DNA from: a virus
Virus record (IMG/VR): IMGVR_UViG_3300031519_000002
Direction: 5' to 3' (one strand)
Length of the DNA: 64,000 bases
Shown: piece by piece, positions 1 to 10,438 of the stretch
How positions within the stretch are numbered: the stretch's first letter is position 1
How the letters are laid out: the number at the start of each line of letters is the position of its first letter
Made by a program: the position numbers and the translations under genes
Notes under the pieces: model-generated
Databases searched by the model: none
What the model was told of the DNA's origin: nothing
Seen by the model: only the letters and a program-made list of their open reading frames with translations

Positions 1-2143
1 CCGGCGCATCAGTGTCTAAGAAGTCACTAACTAATAGCTCTGCAATAGTACCTGTTGGTGCTACTGTTGCTGTTCCGCCACTTGTACCGTAACGTGCATC
101 TGCAAACAAAATACCATCTTCAGTAGTTTGATCACCTTCATCAAGTGCAATCCACTTTTGAAGATCTGCGTTATACTTGTTAACTTGTGGATAGTTTTCT
201 AAATCTGCTGTACTAACCCAAATGTCACCAGTTACTAGTGCAGATGATCCATCTTGCTGTGTAGTAGGCTCAGTTGCTGAAACAATTGGTCCTAGCGCAT
301 CGGCTGATGAATAAACACCTTGATAGCCTTTCCACGTAGTACCGTTGTGTACCATAATATCACACTCATCAACAATTGAATTGTACCATAGTGCGCCGTC
401 TGCTGTTAGTGCGGTTGGAGCATTTGTACCTGCTGTTTGTGTTAAGATTTTCCAATTTGAAGCATGGAAGTCATATACACCATCGCCTGTTGGAGCCGCA
501 TATAAGTTTGCAGTTCCTGCCTTTGTTGCATAGTTATATGCCGCAAATCCAATTAATCCTAAAGCACCGTTTGTGTCTTTAATATGAATTTCACCACCGT
601 CGTTATGTGAAACAACAAGTCTGTTACTTGCGTCTACACTTGCAACAATGTTTACAAATCCTGCCGCGTTAATTGAGTTTGCAAACAAGTCTGCATCGCT
701 TGCCGCGCCTGTTGCTGTAACACTTAATGCTTTGCCACCTGACATAGTTGCTACGCCAGTAGTACTTTCTGCCATGGTAAAGCCATATGACTGACTGTTT
801 AGTTGTGTTGCAACTGCGCTCGAAGTAATTTGCATTGCACTTGAACTATTTCTTGCAAAAATTGTAAAATCAAGTTCTTCATTTTCTGCTTCAGTAGTAT
901 GTGCTTGTACATAAAGCTGTCCTAGTGCAAGATTTAATCCGCCTTTTGCTTTATCTAAATTAAATACTGCTTCTTGGTGTGTCTTGTAAACTGGTGCTGG
1001 TTTAAGTTCCCACAATTTAGTTGTTGCGTTAAACGCTTTAACTTTCATTTGTACACCTAAGTTAGCATCAGTTGTTTTAAACCAAACACTTCCTGAAGGT
1101 CTTGACTTTGTATCAGCTACTTTAAATCCTGGAACATTTGTATGCGGAGCAATTTCTAATGCTGGAGCATAGTATGTACCTGCTGTAATTCCTAAGTCAG
1201 CTAATAGTGTGCCTGAAGCACCTGCTGTAATAGCAATCGCACCATCGTCATCAGTTGAACCATCTGTAGTTGATGAACCATCACTGTAAACATACAATTT
1301 CCCGTCAACAACTGCCGATGTTACGCCTGTAATACCTGCACCATCAATTGCTGTTTCCATTGCCGCAACGTTTACGCCACTAATAGTAACAGTAGTTCCG
1401 TTAATAACAACAGTTTGTCCAGTTGTTAGTACTGGATTACTTTCAGTAGCACTAACTGTTGGCCAACTATTGACCCATGCCGCTGTACCTACTTTGACCC
1501 ATGTGCCTGCACTATTTTTGTAGTATACTTTATTAGTAGTAGTTGTAGTTACTACTGCATAATTGCCTACTGCGCCTACTGCGCCCTTAGGAGCACCTGT
1601 GTTAACATCGCCTACTAAGTTTGTTTTTGACGTAATAACAATTGGAGTCTTGTTTGTGAATGACTGTCCACCAGTGACAGTAACAGCATTGCTGTTCCAT
1701 TCAAAAATTCCGTATTTTGTTTGAGCTGTGTCAAACCAATATGTTCCGTTTGCTGGGTTTGCCGCCGGAGCACTTGCACTTGGCATAAGTTGACTTAAAT
1801 CAATGTCTGCCCTTACAACAAACGCTCTGTTGCTTACACCCAAATATGAGTATGCCGCTTGTAGTCCGTATTCGTTAAGCTCACCGCCATTTACTGGGTT
1901 ATTGCTTGCATCTGTTTGGAAGTATGGGTCTCCAAATGTGTCTGCTAAATCTCTCTGTGAAGTAATTAAAAAAGGAACTCCTGCGTTCGCTTTTGTTGTA
2001 CCTCGTGCTGTCCCTGTTCCTGCCGCGTTTGCCTTATCTTGCTGAGAGGCAACGAACAGCATTGGGGTTGTACCTGGTTCTGCTGGTGTGTAAAAACTTT
2101 CGTCGATTACGCTTACTTGTACACCTGGTGATATTAATGCCAT
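1..2143 (-). CDS. gp18: Contractile tail sheath protein, 3'-partial (runs off the window)
   Basis: Absent from the ORF track. Manual translation from ATG 2143 gives MALISPGVQVSVIDESFYTPAEPGTTPMLFVA...FGDP...ELNEYGLQAAYSYLG, a typical sheath N-terminus. AGGAG at 2151-2155 and TATAAATA lie upstream. Confidence 0.9.
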   Translation of the reverse strand, partial: MALISPGVQVSVIDESFYTPAEPGTTPMLFVASQQDKANAAGTGTARGTTKANAGVPFLITSQRDLADTFGDPYFQTDASNNPVNGGELNEYGLQAAYSYLGVSNRAFVVRADIDLSQLMPSASAPAANPANGTYWFDTAQTKYGIFEWNSNAVTVTGGQSFTNKTPIVITSKTNLVGDVNTGAPKGAVGAVGNYAVVTTTTTNKVYYKNSAGTWVKVGTAAWVNSWPTVSATESNPVLTTGQTVVINGTTVTISGVNVAAMETAIDGAGITGVTSAVVDGKLYVYSDGSSTTDGSTDDDGAIAITAGASGTLLADLGITAGTYYAPALEIAPHTNVPGFKVADTKSRPSGSVWFKTTDANLGVQMKVKAFNATTKLWELKPAPVYKTHQEAVFNLDKAKGGLNLALGQLYVQAHTTEAENEELDFTIFARNSSSAMQITSSAVATQLNSQSYGFTMAESTTGVATMSGGKALSVTATGAASDADLFANSINAAGFVNIVASVDASNRLVVSHNDGGEIHIKDTNGALGLIGFAAYNYATKAGTANLYAAPTGDGVYDFHASNWKILTQTAGTNAPTALTADGALWYNSIVDECDIMVHNGTTWKGYQGVYSSADALGPIVSATEPTTQQDGSSALVTGDIWVSTADLENYPQVNKYNADLQKWIALDEGDQTTEDGILFADARYGTSGGTATVAPTGTIAELLVSDFLDTDAP

Positions 2144-2175
2144 TTAAGTTCTCCTGTTATAACAACTGTTAAAAG

Positions 2176-2183
2176 TATTTATA
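2176..2183 (-). promoter_or_regulatory. T4-type late promoter TATAAATA for the sheath gene
   Basis: Exact T4 gp55 late consensus, 32 nt upstream of the sheath ATG. Confidence 0.8.
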
Positions 2184-2238
2184 TGATTTGTCTAAAACCA
2201 TACGTCATAACACCTAATAAAAGGGGGCATAAAGAGTA

Positions 2239-2246
2239 GGTAAATA
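2239..2246 (+). promoter_or_regulatory. Late-promoter-like GGTAAATA
   Basis: TAAATA core, 4 nt before the ATG of the HNH-like gene. Confidence 0.5.
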
Positions 2247-2250
2247 CAAT

Positions 2251-2589
2251 ATGAGACCTTTATGCGAATGCGGATACCGCCCAGCGGCAATAAACTACAA
2301 AAAAGACAATAGAACATTCTATCGCAAGCAATGTGAAACATGCTTGCACCATGGAGAGAAGAAGTGGGGAATACCTAAATGGCATCAAGCAGGGTATCGA
2401 CAAAAAGATACATGTGAACGGTGTAGTTTTAATAGTCCGTATGTTGAGCAATTTAATGTGTATCATATAGATGGGAATCTAAACAATACACTGCCAAGTA
2501 ATTTAAAAACTGTTTGTGCTAATTGCCAGCGTGTTATGCAGAAGCTAGGCGTAAAGTGGAAACAAGGCGACCTTGTACCTGACTTTTAA
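2251..2589 (+). CDS. Zn-binding HNH-endonuclease-like protein
   Basis: Several CxC/CxxC pairs and HIDGNLNN...NLKTVCANCQ, an HNH-like motif with the last His replaced by Gln. Confidence 0.7.
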   Translation: MRPLCECGYRPAAINYKKDNRTFYRKQCETCLHHGEKKWGIPKWHQAGYRQKDTCERCSFNSPYVEQFNVYHIDGNLNNTLPSNLKTVCANCQRVMQKLGVKWKQGDLVPDF

Positions 2590-3145
2590 GATCGTCAATA
2601 GTACCTTCGTTGTAAATATTAAAATCAAACGGTATATTTGCCCAGCGCCATTCACTAGGATGGGCGTCTGTTGGTTCAATACCCAAGTCTTGATATTGTC
2701 TAAACCATACAGGATCTGGGCCACGTTTTACACACCAAACTTTGCCGTCTAGTCCTTTAATTACGTGTGCTTCATTCTCAAATCTAACATCAGGAATAAC
2801 AAAGTTTGTATCTGGGTTATCAATAACTGTCTTCTTTACAAAGCTAACCCATATTCCATCGTAAAAGCCATTGCGCATACAATCGGTACCAAACTCTTGA
2901 AGTACTAATCTAGGAGTAATTTTGCGGCCAGTTTCTTGAGTCCAAAAAGTATCTTCTTGTTCTCGCCAATAACGACTATCAGCAGTATCGCCTTCTAACA
3001 TTTCTCGCGGCCAATCGAACATTACGCTAACTGCGTCTTTAAGTTTATCTGCAAATGAAATCTTTTTAAAGCCGTGTTCGTCAACTAGAACGTCTGCTAC
3101 TGTACCTTTACCGCAACCAATTAACCCACAAACACCAATAATCAT
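2534..3145 (-). CDS. Deoxynucleoside monophosphate kinase (T4 gp1-like)
   Basis: P-loop GLIGCGKGT, SFADKLKD, TPRLVLQEFGTD, DVRFENE. Start moved to ATG 3145, downstream of an AGGAG. Confidence 0.9.
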   Translation of the reverse strand: MIIGVCGLIGCGKGTVADVLVDEHGFKKISFADKLKDAVSVMFDWPREMLEGDTADSRYWREQEDTFWTQETGRKITPRLVLQEFGTDCMRNGFYDGIWVSFVKKTVIDNPDTNFVIPDVRFENEAHVIKGLDGKVWCVKRGPDPVWFRQYQDLGIEPTDAHPSEWRWANIPFDFNIYNEGTIDDLKSQVQGRLVSTLRLASA

Positions 3146-3169
3146 ATAATACACTCCTAAGTATTATTA

Positions 3170-3198
3170 AGTATACTATAAAATTTAGGTGTTGTCAA
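3170..3198 (-). promoter_or_regulatory. Sigma70-type (early) promoter for the dNMP kinase
   Basis: TTGACA (3193-3198), 17 bp spacer, TATACT (3170-3175). Confidence 0.75.
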
Positions 3199-3205
3199 CC
3201 GTTAA

Positions 3206-3454
3206 TTAATCAAAATGTCCGCCTTTTACAGCAACATGTTTTATTTCTTCTATTAGGAGTTGTTCTTGACGTTCTGCGTATGCTTCTTCAAACCCTTCTT
3301 CGTGGATATAACTTTCATTATTTCCCCAAGCACGTTTAAAGTATGAGTTGTAAGTTTTTTCAACGTCATCATCGGACCAGCTAATGTCAATTAGTGTGCC
3401 TTTGATTATCCAGTTAAGTCGGTTAGCTTGTTTACGAACGTACGGTGAACACAT
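3206..3454 (-). CDS. Hypothetical protein (82 aa)
   Basis: ORF with an AGGAG RBS and an upstream TGTAAATA motif. Confidence 0.65.
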   Translation of the reverse strand: MCSPYVRKQANRLNWIIKGTLIDISWSDDDVEKTYNSYFKRAWGNNESYIHEEGFEEAYAERQEQLLIEEIKHVAVKGGHFD

Positions 3455-3475
3455 GAGCTTCTCCTTGTTACAATG

Positions 3476-3483
3476 TATTTACA
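3476..3483 (-). promoter_or_regulatory. Late-promoter-like TGTAAATA
   Basis: Intergenic TAAATA core upstream of the 82-aa gene. Confidence 0.55.
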
Positions 3484-3517
3484 AAATAACAAAATGTTGG
3501 CGCTAACGTTGGATCAA

Positions 3518-4279
3518 TTAGCCTATCATAAATCCGTAGCCTTGACCACCGGATATTTGCATTGATACTTCAGTTTCTAATTTGTCTAATTCCATCTGCG
3601 CTTCTGCTTTAAGCGCATCACCGTTAAGACTCGAACCGCCTTGTGGTCCTGCAATAGTAGCAAATTTAGACCTTGCTTCGCCTAACATATACTTACATTT
3701 AGCAAGTGTATAATCTTTAATCCATTGCACTGCCATGTAATCGTCTAACAGCTCAAAATCTGGTCTGTGATTGTAGCAGTAAAGAAGTAATTCTTCTTCA
3801 GCTCTTGGTCTTTGTAAGATAGTTAATTTCTTTTGTGATCTATTCCAAGCAAACTCAATGAAACTACCAAACATACGTCCTACTAATTCTTGATATCCAG
3901 CAAATGCATTGTATGTTGCTAGGCCGCCCATGTTTGAACTAGCAAGTAGATACGTGTTTGTGTAAGCCATGTTGAACGGTTCAAATAATGTTCCGCCATC
4001 GCCGCCACCGGAGCGTGATCCAATACTTCTACGGAAAATTTGACGCACTTCTTGTACTTCATTAGGAAGTATATATGCGTTTTGGTCCATTACTGTAGGC
4101 ATAAAAATATATGATTCTTCAACTGAGTTATCACTACGTTGTCTAAACCTTGTTAGTGCTGTATTAAGTGCAGTTTCATAATGAATTGGGTCTAGTTCAA
4201 CATCAATCATTCCGCCACCAAGCATTGCTTCAACGTATTTGTAAACTTCTTGTTTTTTTGTATCTAAATTTTCAGACAT
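3518..4279 (-). CDS. gp13: Neck/head-tail adaptor protein (T4 gp13-like)
   Basis: LGGGMIDVELD, WIKDYTLAKCK..LG..RSKF..I.GP.GG..LNG, C-terminal FMIG. Start moved to MSENLD (ATG 4279). Confidence 0.8.
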   Translation of the reverse strand: MSENLDTKKQEVYKYVEAMLGGGMIDVELDPIHYETALNTALTRFRQRSDNSVEESYIFMPTVMDQNAYILPNEVQEVRQIFRRSIGSRSGGGDGGTLFEPFNMAYTNTYLLASSNMGGLATYNAFAGYQELVGRMFGSFIEFAWNRSQKKLTILQRPRAEEELLLYCYNHRPDFELLDDYMAVQWIKDYTLAKCKYMLGEARSKFATIAGPQGGSSLNGDALKAEAQMELDKLETEVSMQISGGQGYGFMIG

Positions 4280-4298
4280 GTCATGTTCTCCGATATAG

Positions 4299-4320
4299 TA
4301 TTTATGCACAACGATAAATA
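4299..4320. promoter_or_regulatory. Back-to-back divergent late promoters: CATAAATA (minus, 4299-4306) and GATAAATA (plus, 4313-4320)
   Basis: Two TAAATA cores facing the divergent gp13-like and gp14-like genes. Confidence 0.7.
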
Positions 4321-4328
4321 CTATTACA

Positions 4329-5486
4329 ATGCCAAAACTTAGCTTATATAAACCCGAGAGAGGGAAAGACTACTCATTCTTAGACAAAAGTATTACCGAG
4401 ATGTTTACAATCGGTGGTACAGATGTTTTTGTTCATAAGTATCTTGGCCCTAAAAATCCTAGTGAAGCAGGCGCAACTGCTGACCAGCCTCGTTATGATG
4501 CTGTAAAAGAAACCAATATACAAGATATGTTGTTCCTTGAAAACAGGGATAGAAAATACGACCCAGACATTTACACGATGCGTGGAATTTATAGCGTATC
4601 AGATGTAGACTTTGACATGAGTCAGTTTGGATTATTCTTACAAAATGATATTATATTCATGACAATCCCAATTAATTATAGTGTTAAGACACTAGGGCGT
4701 AAGATCATGTCCGGTGATGTCATCGAGTTGCCTCACTTAAAAGACGAATATGCGGCAAATGATTTTAGCGTAGCACTTAAACGGTACTACGTAGTAGAAG
4801 ATGTGAATAGAGCAAGCGAAGGATTTTCGCATACTTGGTATCCACACTTGTACAGAGTTAAAATGAAGCAGATTGTTGACAGTCAAGAGTTCAAAGAGAT
4901 ACTTGATTTACCTGCTGAAGAGGGAAGTACACAAACGTTACGTGATGTGCTTAGTACATACGACAAAGAAATGCAAATTAATGATGCTATTCTTGAGCAA
5001 GCAGAAGCAGATGCTCCTAAGGCAGGATTTGATACTAGTCATTTGTACACATTACAGGTTGATGACGAAGGTGTTCCAGAATTAGTTACAACCGACATTA
5101 CTACACTTGATGCTAGTACAGAAAACGAATTAGCAGATCGAGTCAATCAAACTCCTGAAAGAGAAGGTTATACAGGTTACTTAATTGGTGACGGCATTGC
5201 TCCAAACGGTGAAGCGTTTGGCAGTGGTCTTAGCTTTCCACTTAGTCAAGTTAAAGGTGATTACTTCTTAAGAGTAGATATGATGCCGAACAGACTATTT
5301 AGATATGACGGACAACGTTGGGTTAAGATGGAAGATAATGTACGTATGACATTGACTAACACTACTGCTAAAGATACACAGCGTACAGGATTTATTAATA
5401 ATACAAAAACTTCAACTATTGGCGGCGAAACAGTTGTCGAAAGACAAGGACTTGGATCCGCACTTAGACCAAAGGCAGATAACTAA
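4329..5486 (+). CDS. gp14: Neck protein (T4 gp14-like) with C-terminal extension
   Basis: GGTDVFVHKY, D.LFLENRDRKY, MSQFGLFL.ND, GDVIELPHL; located between the gp13-like and gp15-like genes. Confidence 0.7.
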   Translation: MPKLSLYKPERGKDYSFLDKSITEMFTIGGTDVFVHKYLGPKNPSEAGATADQPRYDAVKETNIQDMLFLENRDRKYDPDIYTMRGIYSVSDVDFDMSQFGLFLQNDIIFMTIPINYSVKTLGRKIMSGDVIELPHLKDEYAANDFSVALKRYYVVEDVNRASEGFSHTWYPHLYRVKMKQIVDSQEFKEILDLPAEEGSTQTLRDVLSTYDKEMQINDAILEQAEADAPKAGFDTSHLYTLQVDDEGVPELVTTDITTLDASTENELADRVNQTPEREGYTGYLIGDGIAPNGEAFGSGLSFPLSQVKGDYFLRVDMMPNRLFRYDGQRWVKMEDNVRMTLTNTTAKDTQRTGFINNTKTSTIGGETVVERQGLGSALRPKADN

Positions 5487-6991
5487 TGCAACATTTTTAT
5501 GATGGTCAGATTAGGCGCTATGTTACACAGTTAGTGAGACTGTTTAGTAACTTTTCTTACAAAGACGGTGACGGGAAAATAGTTCGTGTTCCAGTAACCT
5601 ACGGTGACATTACTCGACAAGTTGGGCATATCATTAGAGATAATAGTGAGAACAAAATACCAAGTGCTCCGCGTATGGGCGTGTATATTACTGGATTAGA
5701 ACAAGACAGAACACGCACAAGTGACAGTTCGTTTGTTAGTAAAGTTAATATACGTGAACGTGCATACGATACTGACGGAGCAGAATACTTAAACACACAA
5801 GGCAAAAATTACACTGTAGAACGTATAATGCCTAGTCCGTATAACCTACAAATTAATGTTGATGTTTGGTCAACTAATACTGATCAAAAATTACAAATTA
5901 TGGAACAAATATTAATGTTGTTTAATCCTAGTTTGGAAATACAAACAACAGATAATTATGTTGACTGGAGTAGTTTAACCAGTGTTGAATTGTCTAGTTT
6001 AAGTTTTAGTAATAGATCTATTCCAATTGGAACAGAGTCTGAAATTGATATTGCACAACTTGGATTTACTACACCAATATACATTAACCTTCCTGCTAAA
6101 GTTAAAAAGCTAGGCGTTATTACAAATGTTATAATGAGTATATTTGACGAGTCAAACGGAACAATCGACTTAGGATTAAGTACTCCTGAATTACTTGCAT
6201 ACAGCGATACTGAACAAGAGCGTCCGGCAATGAATAAACAAACTACTAGAGCAGAACGACAGGGTAATAACGTACAAGTAGGTATGACTACATTTAAAGA
6301 TTACGAAATTGTTGTGTTAAATAATATAGCACAAATTATAGATAAGGGTATTGCAGGCTCTGTACAGTGGAGTAAAATTATTGATGTACAACCCGGCGAA
6401 TACAAAGCTGGATTATCACAGCTACAATTACAACGTAAGTTATTAACCGGCGAAAATACTAGTATTAGTGTTAATGGTGCTATAACAATTAACCCATTGG
6501 ACGAAACACAACTTATTATTGCGTGGGATGACGACACTATACCAACCAACTCATCGTTAAATTCACCCAGTGGCAGAAATAATACAGGATCAGTAGACTT
6601 TATTATTAATCCTGCCAAATACAATCCAACTACTGCAAAAGCCGCAGGGTTAAGACTGTTATTATTAGGGTCAATTAACACTAGTAGTAACGTTGGTGGA
6701 CTAATGGACTTTGGTCAGGATCCAAGTGATGGTAGTTCTAAGGACCCATATGATGGTCCAGATGCCTGGAAAAATACAGACAATTCAGATTTCGTTGCTA
6801 ATGAAAATGACGTTATAGAATGGGACGGCGCACAATGGCATGTAGTGTTTGATGCTAGTGCAGACGTTGGTACAACCACAAAATATCTAACAAATCTTAA
6901 CACAGGTGTTCAGTATAGATGGACTGGCACAGAATGGATATTATCGTTCGAAGGCGAATACCGAAAAGGGACCTGGCGCCTGTCACTCTAA
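5486..6991 (+). CDS. gp15: Tail terminator/sheath stabiliser (T4 gp15-like) with long C-terminal extension
   Basis: FYDGQIRRY..Q...LFS, VPVTYG, P.PYNL....VWS.NTDQ.LQI.EQIL..FNP. Confidence 0.8.
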   Translation: MQHFYDGQIRRYVTQLVRLFSNFSYKDGDGKIVRVPVTYGDITRQVGHIIRDNSENKIPSAPRMGVYITGLEQDRTRTSDSSFVSKVNIRERAYDTDGAEYLNTQGKNYTVERIMPSPYNLQINVDVWSTNTDQKLQIMEQILMLFNPSLEIQTTDNYVDWSSLTSVELSSLSFSNRSIPIGTESEIDIAQLGFTTPIYINLPAKVKKLGVITNVIMSIFDESNGTIDLGLSTPELLAYSDTEQERPAMNKQTTRAERQGNNVQVGMTTFKDYEIVVLNNIAQIIDKGIAGSVQWSKIIDVQPGEYKAGLSQLQLQRKLLTGENTSISVNGAITINPLDETQLIIAWDDDTIPTNSSLNSPSGRNNTGSVDFIINPAKYNPTTAKAAGLRLLLLGSINTSSNVGGLMDFGQDPSDGSSKDPYDGPDAWKNTDNSDFVANENDVIEWDGAQWHVVFDASADVGTTTKYLTNLNTGVQYRWTGTEWILSFEGEYRKGTWRLSL

Positions 6992-7004
6992 AATAAGTAC
7001 TTGC

Positions 7005-7463
7005 ATGACTCAAGAAATAATTTGTAGTGGTGCATTGTTTTATTCCCTTAAAACAAAAAGATTCTTACTCTTACATCGCACCCAAAGTAAACAGAAGCAC
7101 GTATGGGGACTTGTTGGTGGAACTAATGGCAAGGATGAATTGCCGTGGCCTGCACTTGAAAGAGAAATACAAGAAGAAATTGGTGGCATTCCTAATATAA
7201 CAAAAACAATTCCTTTAGAAACATTTATAAGCACTGATGAAAAGTTTAGCTTTCATACGTATCTTGTAATAATTCAAGAAGAATTTATCCCAGAATTAAA
7301 TTATGAACATGATGGATATGCATGGGTATCTTTTGGAAGATGGCCAAAGCCCTTGCACATGGGATTACGTAACACGCTCCAAAGTAAAACTAATCAAACA
7401 AAATTTGAAACAGTTTTTAATCTAATAGACTATCTAGGACAGGAAAATAATGAAGGAAATTAA
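7005..7463 (+). CDS. Nudix hydrolase
   Basis: Nudix box GGTNGKDELPWPALEREIQEEIG. The likely start is MTQEII at 7005. Confidence 0.85.
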   Translation: MTQEIICSGALFYSLKTKRFLLLHRTQSKQKHVWGLVGGTNGKDELPWPALEREIQEEIGGIPNITKTIPLETFISTDEKFSFHTYLVIIQEEFIPELNYEHDGYAWVSFGRWPKPLHMGLRNTLQSKTNQTKFETVFNLIDYLGQENNEGN

Positions 7464-8955
7464 AAATATTACCATCGTCGGTGGCGGTACGGCGGCATGG
7501 CTAGCGGCCGCATATATTTCACGCAACATGTGGGACATTAGTCTAACAGTTATTGATAAAGAAGCAGGAAATCCTATTGGTGTTGGCGAAGCTACTGTAT
7601 TAACGTTCCCTGCATTTTTAAGAGATTGCGGCATTGATTTATCTGATTGGTTTCAAGCTGTTGACGGCACTTATAAGTCTGGGATTGATTTCCCAGGGTG
7701 GAAAAATCCTAAAGGATCTATATACCATCCGTTTTATTTAAATAGATCGTATCAAGAACACAACTGCACACAGTATGATGTATGGGCACAAAAACAAAGT
7801 GTAGACTTTAAGAAATCATCATTACCAACATTTGACGTAGCAATGGATAACAAAGTTGATATATGGGCATCGTTTTCTGCGTTAGCATATCATATCGATG
7901 CTGGTAAGTTAGTGAAACAATTAGCAAAACACTGTGGACAACATCTTACTTTAATTAAAAGTGACGTAGTTGACGTTAACAGAAACGACCAAGGTGATGT
8001 TGTAAGTTTAGGATTAAAAAACGGCACAACACATACTTCAGATTTTTATATTGATTGTACAGGTTTTGCATCAGTACTAAAAAAGCCAAAGCGTGTAGAA
8101 TTATTGGGCAACGGTAGACTGTTTACTAACACTGCTGTTGCAGGACATATTCCGTACGAAGATAAAGACGCCGAATGCACCCCTTATGTAAGTTGTCCTG
8201 CGGTTGATCATGGATGGATTTGGAAGATACCAACGCAAACAAGAATTGGTAGCGGTATGGTGTTTAATAAAGATATTACTGACATCGAAACAGCAAAACA
8301 ATATTTTTGTGATCACTGGAACGGAAGAATTAAGCCTGAAGATTTAAAAGTTATTGACTGGCAACCATACTACAGTGAAAACTTCTGGGAGGGAAATGTT
8401 GTATCACTAGGCCTAAGTGGTGGATTTATTGAGCCTTTAGAAAGTACTGGCATTGCTAGTATGACTACTGGTGTTTATAAATTAGTACAACGTATTCCCC
8501 AATATGCCTATACTCAAACAGATATTGATTCATACAATAAAGAAATGGCACATTGGTATGATGATGCTGTTGACTTTGTTAACAGTCATTATGCTGACAC
8601 AAAATGGGATACTCCTTTTTGGAATTATGTAAAAGACACACACGTCAAGTCAGACAAGCATAATTTCTATCAAAGATGGCTTAAAGATCCTAGTAGAAAA
8701 TTTTACACAAACGTCGATTCAATGACATTGTTCCATGCACCTAATTGGCATCTTTGGTTAATACAAATGGGATATCCTGTTAATAAAGATATATTAAATT
8801 TAAATGCGTTACAACTCAATGATATAAATCTAGACTTTGCTCGCCATGAAAAGATCCGTGGCATTACAAGTTTGTCTCATGCGGATGCTATTGAGTCTAC
8901 TAATTTAGGGTGCGATTGGGTTGCTCGAACAGAATCAAGAAATCAAGGAATATAA
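7450..8955 (+). CDS. Flavin-dependent (tryptophan-halogenase family) halogenase 1
   Basis: GGGTAAW, IGVGEAT, catalytic Lys in DGTYKSGI, WIWKIP, FIEPLESTG. Confidence 0.9.
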   Translation: MKEIKNITIVGGGTAAWLAAAYISRNMWDISLTVIDKEAGNPIGVGEATVLTFPAFLRDCGIDLSDWFQAVDGTYKSGIDFPGWKNPKGSIYHPFYLNRSYQEHNCTQYDVWAQKQSVDFKKSSLPTFDVAMDNKVDIWASFSALAYHIDAGKLVKQLAKHCGQHLTLIKSDVVDVNRNDQGDVVSLGLKNGTTHTSDFYIDCTGFASVLKKPKRVELLGNGRLFTNTAVAGHIPYEDKDAECTPYVSCPAVDHGWIWKIPTQTRIGSGMVFNKDITDIETAKQYFCDHWNGRIKPEDLKVIDWQPYYSENFWEGNVVSLGLSGGFIEPLESTGIASMTTGVYKLVQRIPQYAYTQTDIDSYNKEMAHWYDDAVDFVNSHYADTKWDTPFWNYVKDTHVKSDKHNFYQRWLKDPSRKFYTNVDSMTLFHAPNWHLWLIQMGYPVNKDILNLNALQLNDINLDFARHEKIRGITSLSHADAIESTNLGCDWVARTESRNQGI

Positions 8956-8956
8956 T

Positions 8957-10438
8957 ATGAAAATAGTTATTGTTGGTGGCGGAACTGCTGGATGGTTAGC
9001 CGCACTTATGATTAGTAAAATCAAACCAGAACATACAGTAACATGTATTGAAAGTTCTAAGATTGGCATCATTGGTGCTGGAGAAGGTAGTACAGGCGCA
9101 CTAACAAACATTATTCAAAATGTAATGTGGGACTTTGGAATTGATGAACAAGACTTTATTAAAGAGTGCGATGCAACAATTAAATTAGGCATTAAGCACA
9201 TTGGCTGGGGTCCTGATATTAATAAATCATACTACGGTCCGATTGATGGTACTCCGACTGGTGGGCAAGAATCTGACATTATTTTTCAACATGCATTAGG
9301 GTATAGAGAACAAGAGTTACTTCACCTTTCAACAGACTTGGGTTATAAAATACATCATAATAAAAATAGTTTTGTTGAACACGAAGGTAATCATTCATAT
9401 CATTTTGATGCACACAAAGTAGGAAAATATTTTAAAAAAGTCTGCACAGACGTAAAACACATTGACAGTGAAGTAAAAGATGTTATAATAGATAGTGAGC
9501 AAGGCTGGATTACTAGCTTAAACCTTACTAACGGACAGACAATAAGCGGTGATATGTTTATTGATGCTAGTGGATTTAATCGAGTGTTAATGAATGCAGT
9601 GGGCGGCAAGTGGAAAAGTTATAAAGAACAGTTGCCAGTTAATAGTGCATTGCCATTTATATTACCTTATGAGGAAGATGAAATTATTCAGCCAGTAACT
9701 AACGCATGGGCGCAAAATAACGGCTGGTGTTGGAATATTCCAACACTTAACAGACGAGGTTGTGGTTACGTATTCAGTGACGAGTTTGTAACGGCTGACC
9801 AAGCACATGCTGAACTTGAAAAAACTATTGGACGTAAAGTTGACCCAATTAGGCATATTAAATTTGATAGTGGTAGACAAGAAAAACTTTGGATTAAGAA
9901 CGTATTATCAATTGGCCTAGCTGGATCGTTTGCAGAACCATTAGAAGCAACTAGTATTCATACTACTATATTTCAATTAAAGCATTTTATATTTGGAACA
10001 TTAGGCCAAACAAGAGAAGACACTTGTCAAGAATTTGCAATAGACATGTATAATAAAACAAATGCACACATGTATGACGGATTGCGAGATTTTTTAATTG
10101 CACACTATACATGCGGCCGCAAAGATACAGAGTTTTGGAAGTACATTGATAGTGGTGCAACTAGTACAGAATTTGTTAAAACAATGCACGAAATGTGTAA
10201 ATTGCGAGTTCCTAACTATACGTTATTTCCAAGGCACGAAGGTAGTGCAGGATGGCCACTGTGGAGTTTTGTTTTAGCAGGAACCGGAAAACTAACAGAC
10301 ATAGTTGCTCAACAAGAGCTTAAATTCAATCTAACTGATCACAAAGCTGATGCCGAATACTCGTATCATGTGCAAGGCTATCATGAGAATAGTGAAAATT
10401 TACCAGACAATACACAGTATATAAAAGGTATGCAATAA
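8957..10438 (+). CDS. Flavin-dependent (tryptophan-halogenase family) halogenase 2
   Basis: GGGTAGW, IGAGEGS, DATIKLGI, WCWNIP, FAEPLEATS. The start is MKIVIV at 8957. Confidence 0.9.
   Translation: MKIVIVGGGTAGWLAALMISKIKPEHTVTCIESSKIGIIGAGEGSTGALTNIIQNVMWDFGIDEQDFIKECDATIKLGIKHIGWGPDINKSYYGPIDGTPTGGQESDIIFQHALGYREQELLHLSTDLGYKIHHNKNSFVEHEGNHSYHFDAHKVGKYFKKVCTDVKHIDSEVKDVIIDSEQGWITSLNLTNGQTISGDMFIDASGFNRVLMNAVGGKWKSYKEQLPVNSALPFILPYEEDEIIQPVTNAWAQNNGWCWNIPTLNRRGCGYVFSDEFVTADQAHAELEKTIGRKVDPIRHIKFDSGRQEKLWIKNVLSIGLAGSFAEPLEATSIHTTIFQLKHFIFGTLGQTREDTCQEFAIDMYNKTNAHMYDGLRDFLIAHYTCGRKDTEFWKYIDSGATSTEFVKTMHEMCKLRVPNYTLFPRHEGSAGWPLWSFVLAGTGKLTDIVAQQELKFNLTDHKADAEYSYHVQGYHENSENLPDNTQYIKGMQ

Noticed and set aside
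345-2045. Short plus-strand ORFs at 345, 376 and 1803
   Set aside because: They are antisense shadows of the tail sheath gene on the minus strand.
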